From Catajapyx aquilonaris (lineage: Eukaryota): a stretch of DNA of 56,926 nucleotides. The first letter of the stretch is position 1; every line of letters begins with the position of its first letter. Location of the stretch: assembly GCA_000934665.2 (NCBI GenBank), contig JYFJ02002481.1:1-56926 (forward strand), in the 5' to 3' direction. Positions 25,384 through 37,710 of this stretch are shown piece by piece. The translations under genes and the position numbers were made by a program. Below the pieces are notes generated by a model. The model was not told where the DNA came from and made no database searches. It was given only the letters and a program-made list of their open reading frames with translations.

Positions 25384-25924
25384 GTATGGCTCTAATTGAA
25401 GGGCTACATTAGGTGTACTTTTTGTGCCCGGCATAACATTACACTGTCTTGGTATGCAATCCATCAAGACACAGCTTGAGCACAGCATAATCTAGGATGG
25501 TGTCAGATTTTAATGGCATTGCATGGGCTCTGAGTTTGAGGAATGACAGTTTGAGTTGCAGGCTGGCCCTGATTTATCTCGAGTCTGTTACTTAGAAAAG
25601 TTATATGCCGGTTGCTAACCTCGTGGCTCACCAAGTGTGTATATGCCCACTTTTGCCCACTATCAGTCCTTAGACAGTATTCTGGTTGAGTCCCTGCTTC
25701 TTGCTCCCACCAACCAGGCCCGTTCCTCACCCTACTGCAGAAAGTAGTTCTACTTCTGTAGCCCAATAGCATTCAGATAGGTTCTGACTTTTCAAGCCAG
25801 TAGATTAGATGGCTGCCCAATCCAGCCATGAGACTTGAAAGTTCAGTGTGAATATATGAACATGTCTCTCCCACTCTGCAGTGTTTGATCAGCTGCTTTT
25901 TAATTCACTATCCTGCACAGGTAA

Positions 25925-26154
25925 GGGCCGGTTCCACCATCCGCGCTCGAGTGCTGAGTAGAGATCAAATCCCGGCTCGAGAGCCAATAGCGTTCCACAA
26001 AACTTTCCCGAGCTCCGGTGGTGATTCAAATACCCCCCCAAATGCTCGAGCGGCCAGATTTGCCCTCCCAAGCGCCCGCTCAGGCGCCCGAATCTACGGC
26101 GGACTTCGGAGATGATCTCTACTCAGCACTGAGCGCGGATGGTGGAACCGGCCC
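25925..26154. mobile_element. PIF/Harbinger-like MITE
   Basis: TAA TSD and TIR GGGCCGGTTCCACCATCCGCGCTC. Confidence 0.85.
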
Positions 26155-26572
26155 TAATGGACATTATTTTAGGACATGTCCACACATCTATTGTGATGAT
26201 GATGTAAATTATTTTCTTCAAATAGTTGCATATTGTAATATTATGAACAGGTTAGGAGAGACGATAATCTACCATGTTAAGTTGGACCAACTGTGGCTGA
26301 AGTCGGGTTTACAGCCCATTTGCCGTATCAATTAGGAAACAGTACCTGCTGCTTGCTGACTCTTGAATCGTTGTTTTGTGTGGGTTTAAAGTGGGGGAAG
26401 TGACTAGGGATCCTGGAATTAATTCCTCAAGCTGGACCAGAATGCAGACAGGATCATTGTTATCTGTCTGGATGAGGCGTATATTGCCTTGGTTACAAAT
26501 AACGTGTTTGCTCGAAGCTGTATTCTGTTTGTGACATGGAATTGTGCTTTATTATTCTTTTCAGGTCTTCAG

Positions 26573-27748
26573 CAAAGGTGGGCTTTAGCGCCGCTAATCC
26601 GCTAACCACTAATAGCGGCTAACTTTTTGCTAGCTGATTAGCTGTTTCCGCTAACTTTTCAGGCCTCTGCCGGGCCAATTAGCTTCTGCCAAGTTTGGTG
26701 CCACTAATTTTTGAACCGGTAGCAAAATGCATTCGTGTTCCTGTCTAGCTGTCTGTTATTTTTTGAGTTTCATTGCTTGGCCCACTTTCCACTCCAGTCA
26801 GGGATTAAATTTGACCGTGATCTATTACACAGCATGGTGTAATTTTATAACTCACGTTTCTGGCTTGCCTTCGATACATTCGCAAAATAATTCGGATGAG
26901 AAACGGTCAAGATAACTGAGGTGTACAATTAACTTAATTATGATTACACAAATGACGATTTCTAAGTATCACATATATCATTAGATAGGCAAAGATTTGC
27001 ACTAACCTGGGTTCACGGGGAATGTTTTGGCCTCCGAGAAATAGTGTCATTTAAAAATTCATTTTGCGGCGTAACGTCGGCAACAAGTCAAAAAATGACA
27101 CCTTTCCGTGTTCTTCTTGCAATAAAAAATTACACAATGAGGATAGGTAAACAACTTGCATATACGTATGTTACGTAGATTTAGACAAGCTTTCTAATGA
27201 TGTATAACGTTATTTTTTGGACCATTTTCCTGGGAATTATTTAGAATCATAATAATTCATACCCCGTTATCAGTCGGCGGCTCTTTAGGGGGGAAATTTT
27301 TGTTTTGACTGGAACTCTTTGCTTTCATTTTATTTGCTTTTTGGGATAGGATAGGGACGGAAGGAAGCGGCTGTGGCCTGTTTTTATGGAAACGACCCCG
27401 GAATTATCCTGGGAGGACCGTGGAAAACCACGGTCAGGGTCGGATTCGAACCCAGGACCTCCCGATTAGCAGGCGGACTCCATGTCCACTACACCAACCT
27501 GCTTCGGTGAATTATTTAGAATCAAACACAGGGGCTACTATTTGAAAAAATTGATAGTAGGTCTGTTTTTATTTCATGGTCCTCGAGTCACAAAAGGTTA
27601 AATTCACAAAATAAAAGTTAGCTGTTAGCACCAACTTCCGCTAATTTTCTAGGTGGTTAGCGTCAGCGACTTAGCGATATCATCTTGTTAAAGTTAGCTG
27701 ATTAGCGGTTAGCGAAGCTAAACTTTCGGTTGGCTGTGCCCACCACTG
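26573..27748. mobile_element. hAT-like non-autonomous element
   Basis: 8 bp TSD GTCTTCAG, CA..GGTGGGC / GCCCACCACTG ends, and repeated subterminal GCTAA motifs. Confidence 0.85.
27250..27508 (-). mobile_element. SINE family C (insect Lm1/Talua-like body)
   Basis: Head ACCGAAGCAGGTTGGTGTAGTGG, body GGCCACAGCCGCTTCCTTCC, TSD GAATTATTTAGAATCA. Confidence 0.85.
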
Positions 27749-28162
27749 GTCTTCAGGGATTCTATTCGGGACATATTTTGAGGGGATTATAGAATGGAAT
27801 AGCCCTCTGTCTTGGTGATGCTGTATGGCTTTTTGTTACCGCAACAGTACTGTCCATTGCTGTGGCCCTGCCAGGCACGGTATGTCGTCCGTCTGTGATA
27901 GTCTTAGATTTTGCGGAGCGAAAGCGGAGCTGGGCACTTATTGTGGGTTTGTATACGCCTGCGGTGTGGGCCAATGAACATTACTGTGCCTTTGCGAAGA
28001 GCGAAGTTTACCTTCACAAACCAACGAACGACATGACATCACGATCCGCCCGCCTCCACCCAATCTCCACTCCAATCATGTCCACGACTTACTCTGCAGA
28101 TATACTACTGCGCATGCTCAGAAAACACGGCTGGTGCGACATCATGTCGTTCTTAGGGTTAA

Positions 28163-28678
28163 CCCTTAACTACGTAGGTGGAGCCTGAGAGGCTCCAGCC
28201 ACTATTTAAACGCATGTAACTTTTTAATTAAATGTTTTTTCCCCTGTCCTTCCGTGACTTTGTCACAAAAACTTTCCTAAGCATGAAAAGAATAAGAAAA
28301 TTTTAGTCGGCATTCTTTGGCTGAAAAAAATTCGTAAAGAGGAACAGGTCCCACCTTGGAGCCGCTCAGGCTCCACCTACGTAGTAAAGGGTGCTGTCGT
28401 TTTCCCTGTCTCCGTGGAGAGCGTCTGAATACGGAAAATGACAGCATCCTTGACTACATAGGTGGAGCCTGAGCGGCTCCAGGTGGGACCTGTTCCTCAG
28501 TTACAAATTTTTTCTGTCGGAATGTACTGACTCGGCGTTTGATTTTTACGTTTTCGGAAGCCTAATTATCTGAACTGCACTTTTTGTATTTGAAAAGTCT
28601 AATATAACAATTGAGCTGATAAGCAGAGATTTAAATATACCGTTGGAGCCGCTCAGGCTCCACCTACGTAGTTAAGGG
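28163..28678. mobile_element. piggyBac-like MITE (CCCTTAACTAC family)
   Basis: TTAA TSD; TIR CCCTTAACTACGTAGGTGGAGCCTGAG, which is also repeated internally. Confidence 0.9.
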
Positions 28679-29066
28679 TTAACAAACTCAAACAACCATC
28701 ATAGTGTTTAAATTTGCCACCTCCTTCCCATTTTTGTTGTTGCCTAACGTGTTCTTGAGCTGGAATATTTGTTTATAACCTAGCAGTGCCCGCCTCGTCC
28801 TGACGGATAACAATGATCCTGTCTGCACTCTGGTCCAGCTTGAGAAATTAATTCCGGGGTCCCTAGTCTCTGCCCCCACTTAAAACCCACGATGTAAAAG
28901 GTCAGTAATCTGCTGGTACTGTTTCCTAATTGATTTGGCGTCTGGGCTGTAAACCCGACATAAGCCCCAACTGGAGTTTGCAAACCAAAAGTATTTGTGA
29001 AGGCAACCATAACTAATATGGTGAATATGTGGCACATGCATCGTACTGAACCGTTTTTCTTACTAG

Positions 29067-29244
29067 GTGGAGATGATCGAAGAGTGCTTTTATGGAAAAT
29101 AGAAGAATCCCTTCAACTAAAGGAGCCAACTTGCATGTGCACACTCCACCTGAGCAACATCTTCTGTGTCACATGTGACAGTGGGCCCTCGAAAGTCTTC
29201 TCAGGTGGAAATGATGACACAGTTATTCTTCATGATCTGACCAC
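29067..29244 (+). CDS. DCAF5: DCAF5 exon 2
   Basis: GDDRRVLLW...HLSNIFC...KVFSGGNDD.VILHD; AG acceptor and GTAAGT donor. Confidence 0.95.
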
Positions 29245-29299
29245 GTAAGTTCTATATGAAAAGTATGAAACATCTGTTGATATGGCTCTGACTTCACAG

Positions 29300-29439
29300 T
29301 GGACAGAGTGTGGATATCTTCCCACATGATCATCCAGTGTATGGTATATCAGTCAACCCAGAGAATGACAATGTGTTTGCAAGTGCCTGCGACAGTGGAG
29401 ACATCCTCATCTTTGACATCAGGGAACCTCCTGTTAATG
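29300..29439 (+). CDS. DCAF5: DCAF5 exon 3
   Basis: GQSVDIFPHDHPVYGISVNPENDNVFASACDSGDILIFDIREPP, after a 55 bp intron; phases consistent. Confidence 0.93.
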
Positions 29440-29656
29440 GTTGGTGCTTTCAAAAGATACTACCAAATAAAACAAGGAATCTGTAAGACCCATAAATTTC
29501 TTCATGCAGAAAATACGGGTATTTTCAAAACTGTGGAACACCATTTTGAAATTGATAATGACATTGACCTGAAGTGCAGGTTTTTATGAATGTGGCTGTC
29601 ACTTCATGCTGGTATACAGAGTTTATACATGATGTTTGGACAATATACAGTGAAAT

Positions 29657-29960
29657 CGGGGGAGGTGTGGTGGCCGAGATGGTAACGTCACGGCTTGCTG
29701 ATCGAAAGGTCCCAGGTTCGATCCCCGCCCGGGATTTCCCTTTCGGCTGCGTCAGGAGGGTCTCTGACCCGCACCTTGGGGGACTGCACGTGGCCCAGCA
29801 CTTGACATTGCACTTGCACCCGTGTCCCCTCCCCCGAAAATCCCTTTCCTTACCCTACGTACTTGATTCCCTGCAACAGAGAGCAAAGTAAAAACCATAC
29901 TAGAAAACTGATGGGGGTCTGCCACCCCCCTAGACTTCCAGTTGTATCACGGGGTAATTA
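29657..29960 (+). mobile_element. SINE family A (short internal deletion)
   Basis: Head TGGCCGAGATGG...GGTTCGATCCC and tail TATCACGGGGTA. Confidence 0.9.
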
Positions 29961-29972
29961 CACACACATATA

Positions 29973-30355
29973 CAGGGTGGTCCAACTTCAAGTGTCGTTT
30001 TATAACGGCTATTTATAGAAGCGCTTTACGATTATTGTAGCAGCCACGTGTAAAATGGCCCATCGAAAATATTAGCTGCGTTTCGTTTGCAGGCTTCCCC
30101 CTTGCATTACAGGTCCTTGGTCCATCTGGTGCCTTGGACGTCACCCATTTCACCCAGGCGCATCGCAGGTCATGTGTGCACCTCCTTTTTTCCAGGTCAA
30201 CCCAGCAGCAGGGTTGATTACATGTGTGCCGCTATTGGCAGCTAATATTGTCGATGGCGCCGAAGTGGGACATTTTACACGTCGCTGTTACTTCATCGCA
30301 AAATCACTGCTATTAATCGCCGTTATAAAACGACACTTGAAGTTGGACCACCCTG
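29973..30355. mobile_element. Tc1/mariner-type MITE
   Basis: TA flanks and TIR CAGGGTGGTCCAACTTCAAGTGTCGTTTTATAACGGC. Confidence 0.9.
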
Positions 30356-30365
30356 TATACACACA

Positions 30366-31386
30366 TTGAAATCCCGATAACTTGAACTGCCATGGGACCG
30401 AGAAAAAAATTCAACTTATCGAATATGGTGGGGAAAACAGCACCCATACAAATTAAACACCTACAGTATGCATCTCGCTACTAGGACACGATTGCAAGTG
30501 ACCGCTAGATGACTGTACAGACTAGGACCTCTGACTGCTCTGAGGCAAAAGGCATGTCACCACCGCAAAGGAATGCATGAGTCACTACCTACAGGGAAGG
30601 GAGCTTAAAACACGTGGCTTTCAGAGGGCTTTGTGCATTCCTTCGCAGCTTATCGAGAATATTAACCAGCTGGGGTGGAAATCTCCAAGTATGAATCATA
30701 CCACATGTTTGCCCAACATGGAATTCAACTTATTAATAGTGAAAGTGCTGCGGAGTTCACGAAATATATTTAACTTATGGAGAAAATTGAGTTACACAAA
30801 TTCGAGTTATCGGAATTCAATTTGCATTACATAATTATATGGAGAATCCTCCAAGTCCTAGATTTTCTTCGACTTATCGAGAATTTCGAGTTATCTGCTA
30901 CCCTGTAACATTCTAAATTGTGATTTTGGTAAGCAGTGATTTGTCCAAATATGATAGGGTAAGTTGGGATCGTAAGTGCGGCCGGATTTTGATTAGATGC
31001 AGTTTAAAGACATGCTACTTCTCAGTAATTAGCAAGTGAGGAAAAAAAGTAATGCACTATATACCTTACCTTATTGGCTTTCAAATTGGCCTGTTGCATA
31101 ACATTCATCTATGTGGGTGCTCCAAAAAATAATTGAAATATGCACGGGGTGCACAGTGCCACACTTGCCCCTTGGTATGGGGTAAGTGGAATTGTGGAAT
31201 TCTCGCAGAGTAATAAACATTGCTCGGGTTGCATAGGGCTAGTGCAGTGGCTCTCAACCGGTGGGGCGCGGGGCAAATCCATAAATTATATGACTCGAAA
31301 CAGGCGTAAAAGTCGCACTGAATGGGTGAGTACAGTAGCCTACTTCTGTAGATTCCTAAGTTAGTTCAAGTTATCGGGATTTCAAT
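30366..31386. mobile_element. pogo-like non-autonomous element
   Basis: TIR TTGAAATCCCGATAACTTGAACT and repeated ACTTATCG/GAGTTATC motifs. Confidence 0.7.
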
Positions 31387-31911
31387 ATGTGTATACTTAC
31401 TGGACTACTTACTAGTAGTGAAGTAGTCGTAGTGCCTAAATGGGTGTGGGGATGGTAAGGGGGGGGGGGGGGGGGGGANGGGGGATGAGAGGGTGTAGGT
31501 ATCTGAAATTACTTTTCAGGGGGGCCCGATGTGTCATAGGTTGAGAACTGCTGGACTAGTGCCACAAAGACACAAAGTTCCTGTCAGTCTGTATATTCAG
31601 AATAAAAAAATTCTGAGAGACGAGCTTTACTTCTCACTGCTCCGCAACATGTTGGCTATCAGTACTGACATTATCTGATTAAAATGCATTATGTAGAAGT
31701 GTCATCACACCAGTGCGGAGTGTTAGATATTAGCCTGTTGCCAGTCGCAGAATATCCAGTGGTGACCACAGAAAGATGCCTTGTCACCTCTTTTGGCCAC
31801 CGCTAGCTTTATTCCTCCAATATTCCATTGCGATCCATATACCCATATTAATTGAGTACTCACTAACCCCTAACGATGTCTAGTTAGGGGCAAGTGCAGC
31901 TTCCCTTTAAA

Positions 31912-32772
31912 CCCTTTGAGGGCTACATGTCTCAAATGAGGTCCTGCGAATTTTTGAACTGGGCACGCTAGAGTTTAGCCAGAAATGGGGCAGTTTGAGG
32001 CTCAACCTGCTCCTACCACCACGTGGAAGGGGGCTCAACTATCATGGTGTATGCTAATCAGTTTTTCCGCCTCCTAGCGTGAGCTAAACGTAACCCCTGC
32101 TGCGGTGTCAGAACAGGGTGGCCCGTAACTCTTAGTAAAGTGTTTTAGTATCATTTTGTAACCATAGTAACAATTTTATGGGGAGGTGTGGTGGCCGTGA
32201 TGGTAACGTCTCGGCTTGCTGAGTGAAAGGCCCCGGTTCGATCCCCGCCTGGGGAACTTTCCTTTCACCTGCGTCAGGAGGGTCTCTGACCTGCACCAAG
32301 GAGGTGTCTGGCAACCTAACCTCCTGGGGAACAGCACATGACCCATTAGCTACGACATTGCACCTTGCACCCATGTTCCCTCCCCAAAAATCCCTATCCT
32401 TTCCCATTGTCCTTGTTTCCTTGCACCGGTGATTGAAGTGGAAAATATATATAGAAAACTGATGGTGGTATGCCACCCCCCGAAGCAGGACGTAATGTAC
32501 TGAGCAAGGGGTAGTGAAAAAAAAAAGTAACAATTTTATAGTGACTTTAAAATTGAAATAAATTTCATTACATGTAAAGTTAACTGCACTTTTTAAATTT
32601 TTTTTCTGGAACACCCTGTAGAGGAATTTTTTCGCCATTTTACATTCAAAAGGACCACCATGAGTTAAAATGATTAATATTGGAGCATATTGTTTTTCAT
32701 TAATATCACTCCTACTACAAATTTTCATCAAGAAAAGAAAAATACTACCAAAAAAAAAACGCCGTCAAAGGG
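31912..32772. mobile_element. piggyBac-like MITE containing a SINE
   Basis: CCCTTTGA.GGC / GCCGTCAAAGGG ends with TTAA at the right end. Confidence 0.6.
32180..32525 (+). mobile_element. SINE family A
   Basis: TSD AGTAACAATTTTAT; full head and body. Confidence 0.9.
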
Positions 32773-33009
32773 TTAAAAACCAGCCTGATTATGCCACCAA
32801 AGCGGAACAGTAACAGTGCAATAGAACACCTTAACCTCTTACATACAGTGCCGGAGTTGTTACGCAGCATACGGTACAAGACTCGTCAGAAATTCTGCAA
32901 AAGATAGATACGTACTCGCCAGATAAGTTTAAGTTTCATAAGACTAGGGGCTAGCCTTTACAAGAACATCACAAGAAAAGAAGTTAATGCTTACTTTTCC
33001 ACATTTCAG

Positions 33010-33139
33010 AATCATTGTGCCTTGCTAGTTATTCGACTGCCTTTCACTCAGTGACATTCAATCCTATGGAGCCAAGACTTTTGGCCACGGCCAATTCAAA
33101 GGAGGGGACAGCACTATGGGACGTTCGTCACCCACGGAA
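33010..33139 (+). CDS. DCAF5: DCAF5 exon 4
   Basis: CLASYSTAFHSVTFNPMEPRLLATANSKEGTALWDVRHP; TTTCAG acceptor and GTTAGT donor. Confidence 0.95.
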
Positions 33140-33962
33140 GTTAGTGCTGCATTGCATGGGTCTTTCACATCAAGTGGACCCACCTTTCTTCATTATTGTA
33201 TAGTCTTGACCATGGTATTGTGTAGTACAGATGGGTGCATTGCCTTCCTGAATTTATATGACGTATATGTGTATGGTTGTTTATTAACTGGTATGACTAT
33301 TACACCTTTTAAATATTTATTAACCATTTATCTCCCACAAGGGATTTTGGTATGATTATAATCATATCACACATAATAATTTTTTACAATTCATTGGTAT
33401 CACCTAGATGGAATTATCTGTCACCATAGCCTTCGGAAATGTTCGTAGATTAGGCCTATATCTGCATGAGTATTTACGTCACTTGTGTGATATTTTTAAT
33501 GGCACGACGTCATAGGCCAAAGGTTTCATTAATTTAAAACAACCCAAAACAAACACTGACTGCACGAATTTAAATACCCACAGCTCCCTGCTGCATATTT
33601 CCCAGCGTGTGGGCATCCAGCTGAAAGCCATTTTTAAAAATCTCGAAATTTTACGACTTACTTTTCGCCAGGGGAAAAATCAGAACGATCTGTGAACGGT
33701 AGGCAATCTCCCCCGGTGTCATTTTGGTCGTCAAAAGTATCCTCGCACCTAATTGGCCGGGGCAGACTGCTCCGAGCACTGGGCGTTGCCCGCTCGCCAC
33801 ATGAGCCGCCTCTTTTTGCACCTGGCGGGTCGCATTACTTCCTTGTAAACCGGACCTTTAAATTTTTTTAAACAGACACTAATGTTTTCACAATTCATCA
33901 GAGAGACTGGGCAACCATATAGAATTATCTTGGATTTTTTAGATGGGTAGAAGCCGCCTTAA

Positions 33963-34398
33963 AGGGACACTCCACTCAAAATACAAGTTGGCCCCCAAAA
34001 ATCGGGCCAAAAATCCAGATTCCGAATGTGCAATCGGTTTTTTTCTACGCCCAACGGTAACATGGAAAATCATATATCTACACACGTCGTCCAGCGTCGT
34101 CTGCTAAGACGTGCGATTCAACACCATCCCGCGGCAAACCGGAGAAGTATAACACGCACAGTAAACACCTGCCGCGCCAGGCGTGCCCATGGAGTGCCTG
34201 GTCTAGTTCCTCCCGGTTCCACTCTGGTGGCGTCGCCACCTGCGGCCACCGCCCCGCGCGCGGTTTTCGAATGACACACTTCCAGCTTTCACACTGGCCT
34301 TACCGTTCGTCTCTAAGAAAAACTGCTTATACCCTCGGAATCAGGATTTTTTTGCCCGATTTTTAGAACCCAACTTGTATTTTGAGTGGAGTGTCCCT
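33963..34398. mobile_element. Kolobok-like MITE
   Basis: TTAA TSD with AGGGACACTCCACTCAAAATACAAGTTGG TIR (RR terminus). Confidence 0.8.
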
Positions 34399-35470
34399 TT
34401 AAAGAACCTCGTATATGACTCAATAGGATGACATCACTGTCTTGTGCATAGTTTATGAGGCGGTTGCTGCCCTCTCTTGATATGCAGCGTAGGTTGGTAT
34501 GTCTCGCAATGTTCAGCCCACTCTTGTGCATTAATCGAGAGCGAAACCAATGGTGCCAGTTCAGTGATTTTCACCTAGGGCGCTCTTTTTAAACCCCCAC
34601 CCGAACAGTGCAGCAGGAGACAAATGGTTAAATATGTTCCTCTTTTTTTTTTATTGCCTGTAAATTCCGTAATGAAACAGAAAATCTAAATAATAATGTA
34701 AACATAGTTACCACTGCCCTGAGAAGGGAAGTTCAAGTGAACAAATATAACAGCTCATTTCATTGAATAGTGACATAGGCCAAATGACTACAGTATCTCT
34801 TAGTAACCATGTTCCAAGCCGAGGTTTTCACCACTAATAATAATCAGCATGACAAGGGGAGAGGCTAAAGCATACCTAGGATGTAGAATACATTATCAAG
34901 CATGCAAATTGTGCCTGCTTTAACGTCTCATGAGTTCAGTGTACAACTCACAAGAGACCGTCAAGGTCGGTTGCCTCCGATTTGGTTGAAACTTGCTGGA
35001 GGGGTTATTCATGTGAAATAGACAGTATAGAAAGTTTTAGCTGACACTGTCCAGCTGTTTCCGAGATATGAGTGACAGAAACATCCGAATTTTTTCCCCG
35101 TGCGTAGAGGTCGGGCGAGAAGGGATGAGTGCAAGGAAGAGCTGATGGTAGTCAAGTGGATAGAGCGTTGGACTTGTGATTTTGCCGGGAGTCACTCTGC
35201 CAGCTCCATCCAAATCCCTTCTACCTTGATTCCTCCGGCCCCCTTTACCCCCTTTTTTCAATCCCATACACCATCCCTCACTCCCACACCAACATTTTGC
35301 TTTCCAAATATTGTTTCTTTGCTCCAGTATTTATTATGAGACCATCGCTTCTGTCAACTGCAAATAAAGAGCTTCTGTACCTAAAATTGCGTAATGGGAA
35401 CCTCTTCAGCTGGACACCAGTCCATCATTAGGCCGGACAATCGGGAGTACAGTGCATACTATATACAGGG

Positions 35471-36075
35471 TGTACTGTACCAGAGTCACGGGTCAAGCGC
35501 GCGCAAGGGGGTGGGGAAAAATCGTAGGTGGCAACAACCCCGGTCGGTTTTATAAAACAATTAGAAATACGGGAGTAATCAATTTATTTATTACGGCCGT
35601 ACGGCCTGACGTCACGTTCTTTCTGTTCGAATTGAGCCTGGCGTGCACGGCAAAAGTAAGGTAAGAGTGCAGTGGTTTGAAGCTGGTTGACGGGTTTTTA
35701 GCCTTGCGGGTTGCACTGATAAAGGCACTCATGCTACACCGGTAGGGTACTGTACAAAGTAGTGTACTACCGTACAAGAGTGTGTTCAGTACTCCGCCGG
35801 TGTAGCATGAGAGCGCCTTTTTCGGTGCAACCCGCAAGGCTAAAAACCCGTCAACCAGCTTCAAACCACTGCACTGTTGCCTTGCATTTTCCGTGCGCGC
35901 CAGGCTCGATTCGAACAGAAAGGACGTGACGTGGCGTCACACCATACGGCCGCAATAAATAAATTGATTACTGCCATATTTCTGATTGTTTTATAAAACC
36001 GACCGGGGTTGTCGCCACCTACAATTTTTCCCCACCCCCTCGCCCGCGCTTGACCCGTGACTCTGATACAGCGTG
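35471..36075. mobile_element. Foldback MITE (about 280 bp arms)
   Basis: Arms CTGTA(C/T)CAGAGTCACGGGTCAAGCG... Confidence 0.85.
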
Positions 36076-36802
36076 TATTTTGAATACCTTATCTGATAAG
36101 GATAACCAAAGCAAATGCACCACAGCAGGCTATATGTTATGCTAATTGACACACCACTATGCTCCCGAAGCACTGGCTATTAGAGGGCTGTGGGGAAAAA
36201 ACATGATAACTGACATTTTTGTCATTTTTTACCTAAACACTAGCAACTGTGCATAAGACATGACAAACAGTTTGGTATACTCCAAGTTCATGTATCATGC
36301 ATGAGACGTCCACACGGACTAGATCAAAACCAGCATTCCCTATGATTTGTTAAGCAAATTCAAACTTCAATTCGCTCTCCTGAAAAATGACTCTTTTGTC
36401 AGTTATCATGTTTTTCCCCCACACCCCTCATTTCATCTCTACCTAGGCCAAAGGCAAGCGGCCAACTGCCCCTTTTCAGTACATATTGGGGCCCGGATGT
36501 GCCACCTGGCAATTTACAACTTAACACATGCGCACTTCTGTGACCATCCTCTAGACTAGAGATGACTCGTCCATCCTTTCATGCTTATCCCATCCATGAG
36601 TGGAAGTTCAAACAAGTGGGCGAATGCTGGACACTAAAATTACGCCGCTACCAGTGTTTGTAGTAGATAAGTTGGCCACGGCTCCCCAATGAGAGCACCA
36701 AATGGTCAACATGTCACATTTACAAAATTATGCGAGCTTTGCTAAAATATCGACAGATTCTCAATTGGATTGGGCAGGAGAGATTATAAAATGTCATACA
36801 TA

Positions 36803-37710
36803 CGAGGTGTGATCGAAAAGTTCCCGGACTGTGTTCATAAAAACATTAATATTTACTTTAAGTCCTAATTTCCACTGCCACCTTCCAAGTAGTCACCTTG
36901 GGCACGTATACAACAATTCCAGCTAATTTCCCATTTTTGGAAGCACCAAAAAAAAATGGCAAACAGTAGTGTGTTCAACGCCTGCTGCGATTTTGCTTAG
37001 ACCTCTTTAGTGGAGTCAAAATGCCTCCTTTTCTACCCAAATTTCATTTTAGGGAAGAGGTAGAAGTCACGTGGTGCCAGGACAAACGAATATGCAGGGT
37101 GGGGAACAGTGGTCATGTTATTTTTTATCAGGAAGTCCCTGACTACGCGTGAGGTGTGTGCAGGCGGCATTGTCATGGTGCAGCAACCAGTCTATGTTCT
37201 TCCACATCTCCGGCCATTTGACCCTAAATCGTCTCAAACCATCGCAGTAAGACTTGCCGTTGACAGTTTTACCAGGAGGGAGAAACTCCATATGCACAAT
37301 TCCTAAAATGTCAAAGAAAATGATCAGCATTGAGTTGATTTTGCCGCGAACTTGGCGCGCCACCTTTGAAACTGTTCAACCACTTATATGTTATTGCTTG
37401 TCTTACAACTTGCTCATCAAAAGCCTTGTTCAGCATTCGGTTGGTTGCATCCGAAGTTTTGTTGAGCTGGAAGCAAAATTTAATACAAATCTTTTGCTCC
37501 CTAACATCAGCCAATTCGAAAAATCGCAGAAGCACAAGAACACGGTGTCAAGAAAACTGCCGAAACTCGGAAACATGTGCACCTATGAAGACGAGATTTT
37601 TCAGACTAATAGATGAAAGGTGCACCTAGCGCTCCCTAACGTCACAAGTTCGTAGCTCCACTGGTTTGCACGGTATATCGACAGTCCGGGAACTTTTTGA
37701 TCACACCTCG
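36803..37710 (-). mobile_element. Internally deleted mariner element, same derivative as 21232-22398
   Basis: TA flanks and TIR CGAGGTGTGATC(G/A)AAAAGTTCCCGGACTGT. Remnants EQKICIKFC, MLIIFFD..GIVHMEFLPPGKTVN and WLLHHDNA. Confidence 0.92.

Larger units (their letters stand above)
26287..28975. mobile_element. Old long-TIR element (about 220 bp arms) hosting later insertions
   Basis: 26287-26515 is the diverged reverse complement of 28755-28975. Confidence 0.7.

Noticed and set aside
33880..33912. CTGATGA...GAAA minimal hammerhead candidate on the - strand
   Set aside because: No convincing stems I or III and no cleavage triplet.
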